The notes under the pieces are model-generated. The model was given only the letters and a program-made list of their open reading frames with translations, did not search any database and was not told the origin of the DNA. A DNA stretch of 64,000 nt from an uncultured Gammaproteobacteria bacterium (lineage in GTDB: Bacteria; Patescibacteriota; Patescibacteriia; UBA9934), in contig CAYHFQ010000004.1 of the NCBI GenBank assembly GCA_964355955.1, forward strand, positions 1,162-65,161. Reading direction: 5' to 3'. Within the stretch, counting starts at the first letter, position 1. Each line of letters opens with the position of its first letter. Shown here one piece after another: positions 61,699-64,000 of the stretch. Both the position numbers and the translations under genes were made by a program.

Positions 61699-64000
61699 AT
61701 GAATAATCTTGCGAGCTATAACTGGTTGAAGGAATATTGCGCGACTAATTTGTCGGTGGTAGATTTTGCACGAGAACTGAGTTTACGTTCGATGTCGGTG
61801 GAGAAGATCGACGACGTGGCGGCACGGTTCGATAAGATTGTAGTTGGTTTGGTGAATGAAGTGCGGCCACATCCGAACGCGGATAAGTTGCGTTTGGTGA
61901 CGACTAACATTGGCGCTGAGACGGTGGAGATTGTGTGCGGTGGCGTCAACGTGGTGACCGGCATGAAGGTGTGTGTAGCGATGCCTGGCAGCCGTGTGCG
62001 GTGGCATGGTGAAGGTGATTATATTACGCTCGGCGAGAGTGAGATTCGCGGTGTGAAGAGTATTGGCATGATTTGTGGGGCGGGCGAGGTGGGCTTTCCA
62101 GATTTAGAAAAAGGTGACAAAGAGATTTGGGATTTAAGTTTTATTAAGGCGCCAGCCGGGACTAATTTGGCGGTGGCGTTGGAACTTGAGGACACGGTGT
62201 TTGATATTGAAGTGACGACCAATCGCCCAGACGTGATGGGTATTATTGGTTTGGCACGTGAGGCGGCGGTAGCGGTCGGCGGTAAATTTAGCGATAAGAA
62301 GCCGGCGACGATTGTGCCTGGAACGAGCATTCCGTTTACAGTAAAGATTGAGGACGTGGCGCGTTGTGCCCGGCAAATGGCGGTAGTGATTGATGACGTG
62401 ACCGTGGCCGAGTCGCCGTGGTGGTTGCAGAAGCGTTTATTGTTGGCTGGAGTGCGACCGATAAATAACATTGTCGACGTGACGAATTATGTGTTGCTTG
62501 AGTACGCTCAGCCGCTCCATGCTTTTGATTATAAAAAGATTGAGGGTAGTGAGATTATTGTGCGGGCTGGTAAGACAGGTGAAAAGATTAAGGCATTGAA
62601 TGGCAAAGAGTACGCTCTTGATGGTCATATTGTGTTGGCCGACGCTGTGAAGCCGCTAGACATTGCTGGCATTATGGGTGGTGACGAGACTGGGACAACT
62701 GTGGCAACTAAGACTATTGTACTGTCAGCGTCGACCTTTGATGGTACGGTGATTAGGCGGACGGCGCGAGCTTTGAATTTGCAGAGTGATGCACAGTTAT
62801 TGTTTGAGAAAGGCTTGTCGACGGAAGCACTACCGATGGCTTTAGCGCGAGCTGTTGAACTTATCTTGCAGACGGCAGGTGGTACGGTGGCGAGTGCGGT
62901 TTGTGATACGAGGGTGAAAGAATATGCGGCGTTGGTTTTTCCATTCCGCCCAGTTATGGCGCGACAAAGAATTGGCGTAGAGATTGCGGATGAGAGAATG
63001 GAAAAGATTTTAGCTGAGCTGGGTTTTGGCGTCGACCGCACTGCGGAAGTGTGGCAGGTGACGGTACCGTTTTGGCGCGACCATGACATTGAGGCGGAGG
63101 TCGACTTGGGCGAGGAGATTGCTAGAATGTATGGCTACCACTTGATGACGGGCGTATTGCCAGCTGGGAGCCCACCAACTACGCAGGAACCGGTGGCGAT
63201 TACTTGGGAGAGATTCACTAAGAAATTGTTGATGACAGCAGGATACGACGAGTTCTTCAGTTACTCGTTTACGAACGCGGAAGATATTGCGAAGTATGGC
63301 GATGACGCGTCGACGGCTTATGCGATTCTTAATCCTTTAGTTTCTGAACAGAGCCACTTGCGTGTCAGCTTGATGCCGGGCATTTTGCGGGCGATTGAGG
63401 GTAATCAGGGGCATACGCGAGCCGCCAAATTCTTCGAGTTGTCGAGAGTGTATTTGCCACGGACTAACGATTTGCCAGACGAAGCGACGCAGTTAGTGTT
63501 CGGCGAGTATGGCTATACTGATGCCGAAAGTGTGTTCCGAAAGTTGCGCGGGACGCTTGAGATGCTGACTGGCAAGACTGGGCTTGAAATGAAATTAGTC
63601 AGAGAAGATATTAGTGATAAATGGCACGCGACGAGAAGTGCTAATATCGTCATCGGCGAAAAGGTAGTTGGCACGATTGGTGAGGTGGCCGAGAAGATTC
63701 AGCAGAGTTTTGGCGTCGACCTGCGCGTGTTCGTGGTGACGCTGGAGATTGAAAAGTTATTCGAGTTCATGAAGCTGACGCACCGTTATGCTCCAAGTAG
63801 CGAGTTCCCGGCGATTACGCGCGATTTGTCCGTAGTAGTGGCAGAACGTGTGGAGTTTGCGGCGTTGGCGAATGAGTTGAAAAATGATTTGTTGACGGCG
63901 ATTGCTTTGGCTGATGTTTATCGTGGTAAGGGGGTTGAGGCGGGGCAGAAGAGTTTGACGTTGTCGCTAACGCTCCAGGCACCAGACAAGACTTTGACGG
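61699..64000 (+). CDS. pheT: Phenylalanine--tRNA ligase beta subunit (3'-truncated by window)
   Basis: MNNLASYNWLKEY, HPNADKL, VCGG.NV, TTNRPD, RPINNIVDVTNYV, RDHDIE..DL.EEIAR, FPAITRDLS. Confidence 0.95.
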   Translation, partial: MNNLASYNWLKEYCATNLSVVDFARELSLRSMSVEKIDDVAARFDKIVVGLVNEVRPHPNADKLRLVTTNIGAETVEIVCGGVNVVTGMKVCVAMPGSRVRWHGEGDYITLGESEIRGVKSIGMICGAGEVGFPDLEKGDKEIWDLSFIKAPAGTNLAVALELEDTVFDIEVTTNRPDVMGIIGLAREAAVAVGGKFSDKKPATIVPGTSIPFTVKIEDVARCARQMAVVIDDVTVAESPWWLQKRLLLAGVRPINNIVDVTNYVLLEYAQPLHAFDYKKIEGSEIIVRAGKTGEKIKALNGKEYALDGHIVLADAVKPLDIAGIMGGDETGTTVATKTIVLSASTFDGTVIRRTARALNLQSDAQLLFEKGLSTEALPMALARAVELILQTAGGTVASAVCDTRVKEYAALVFPFRPVMARQRIGVEIADERMEKILAELGFGVDRTAEVWQVTVPFWRDHDIEAEVDLGEEIARMYGYHLMTGVLPAGSPPTTQEPVAITWERFTKKLLMTAGYDEFFSYSFTNAEDIAKYGDDASTAYAILNPLVSEQSHLRVSLMPGILRAIEGNQGHTRAAKFFELSRVYLPRTNDLPDEATQLVFGEYGYTDAESVFRKLRGTLEMLTGKTGLEMKLVREDISDKWHATRSANIVIGEKVVGTIGEVAEKIQQSFGVDLRVFVVTLEIEKLFEFMKLTHRYAPSSEFPAITRDLSVVVAERVEFAALANELKNDLLTAIALADVYRGKGVEAGQKSLTLSLTLQAPDKTLT

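Noticed and set aside
61716-63089. Short minus-strand ORFs listed at the window end
   Set aside because: They are antisense to pheT, which is open from 61699 to the window edge and was omitted by the ORF track because it has no stop.

Overview
Chromosomal window from a bacterium using genetic code 11. Gene content, Shine-Dalgarno (SD)-less starts and typical protein families suggest Patescibacteria/CPR, probably an ABY1/Uhrbacteria-like lineage (inference). Core genes: end of nusA, yidC, groES/groEL with a CIRCE operator, prfB without frameshift, two NAD-sugar epimerases, tsaC, rsmA, comF, three tRNAs (Ser-TGA, Arg-GCG, Ser-GCT), folK/folP, recG, radA, ClpC-like ATPase, htpX/lemA, a phosphohexomutase, murL/murD, rseP, pheS and partial pheT. 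Envelope and host-interaction genes: a 3158-aa Cys-rich secreted protein, a relaxase-free VirB6/PrgI/VirB4 T4SS-like cluster, a VirB2-like pilin fused to an M15 peptidase next to DsbA, and two GC3-rich SD-led genes (a lipoprotein and an M23 peptidase). The most unusual signal is non-coding. (i) Two families of dispersed 120-150 bp intergenic elements (4 and 3 copies) have stems rewritten between copies with compensatory changes while loops and tandem G-A motifs stay fixed, and several singleton elements share this architecture. (ii) Short REP-like palindromes sit in frame inside protein genes (rsmA, a T4SS-linked gene, clpC, murL, rseP). No transposase, integrase, reverse transcriptase or CRISPR array is visible. 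All calls come from reading sequence motifs by eye; no searches were run.
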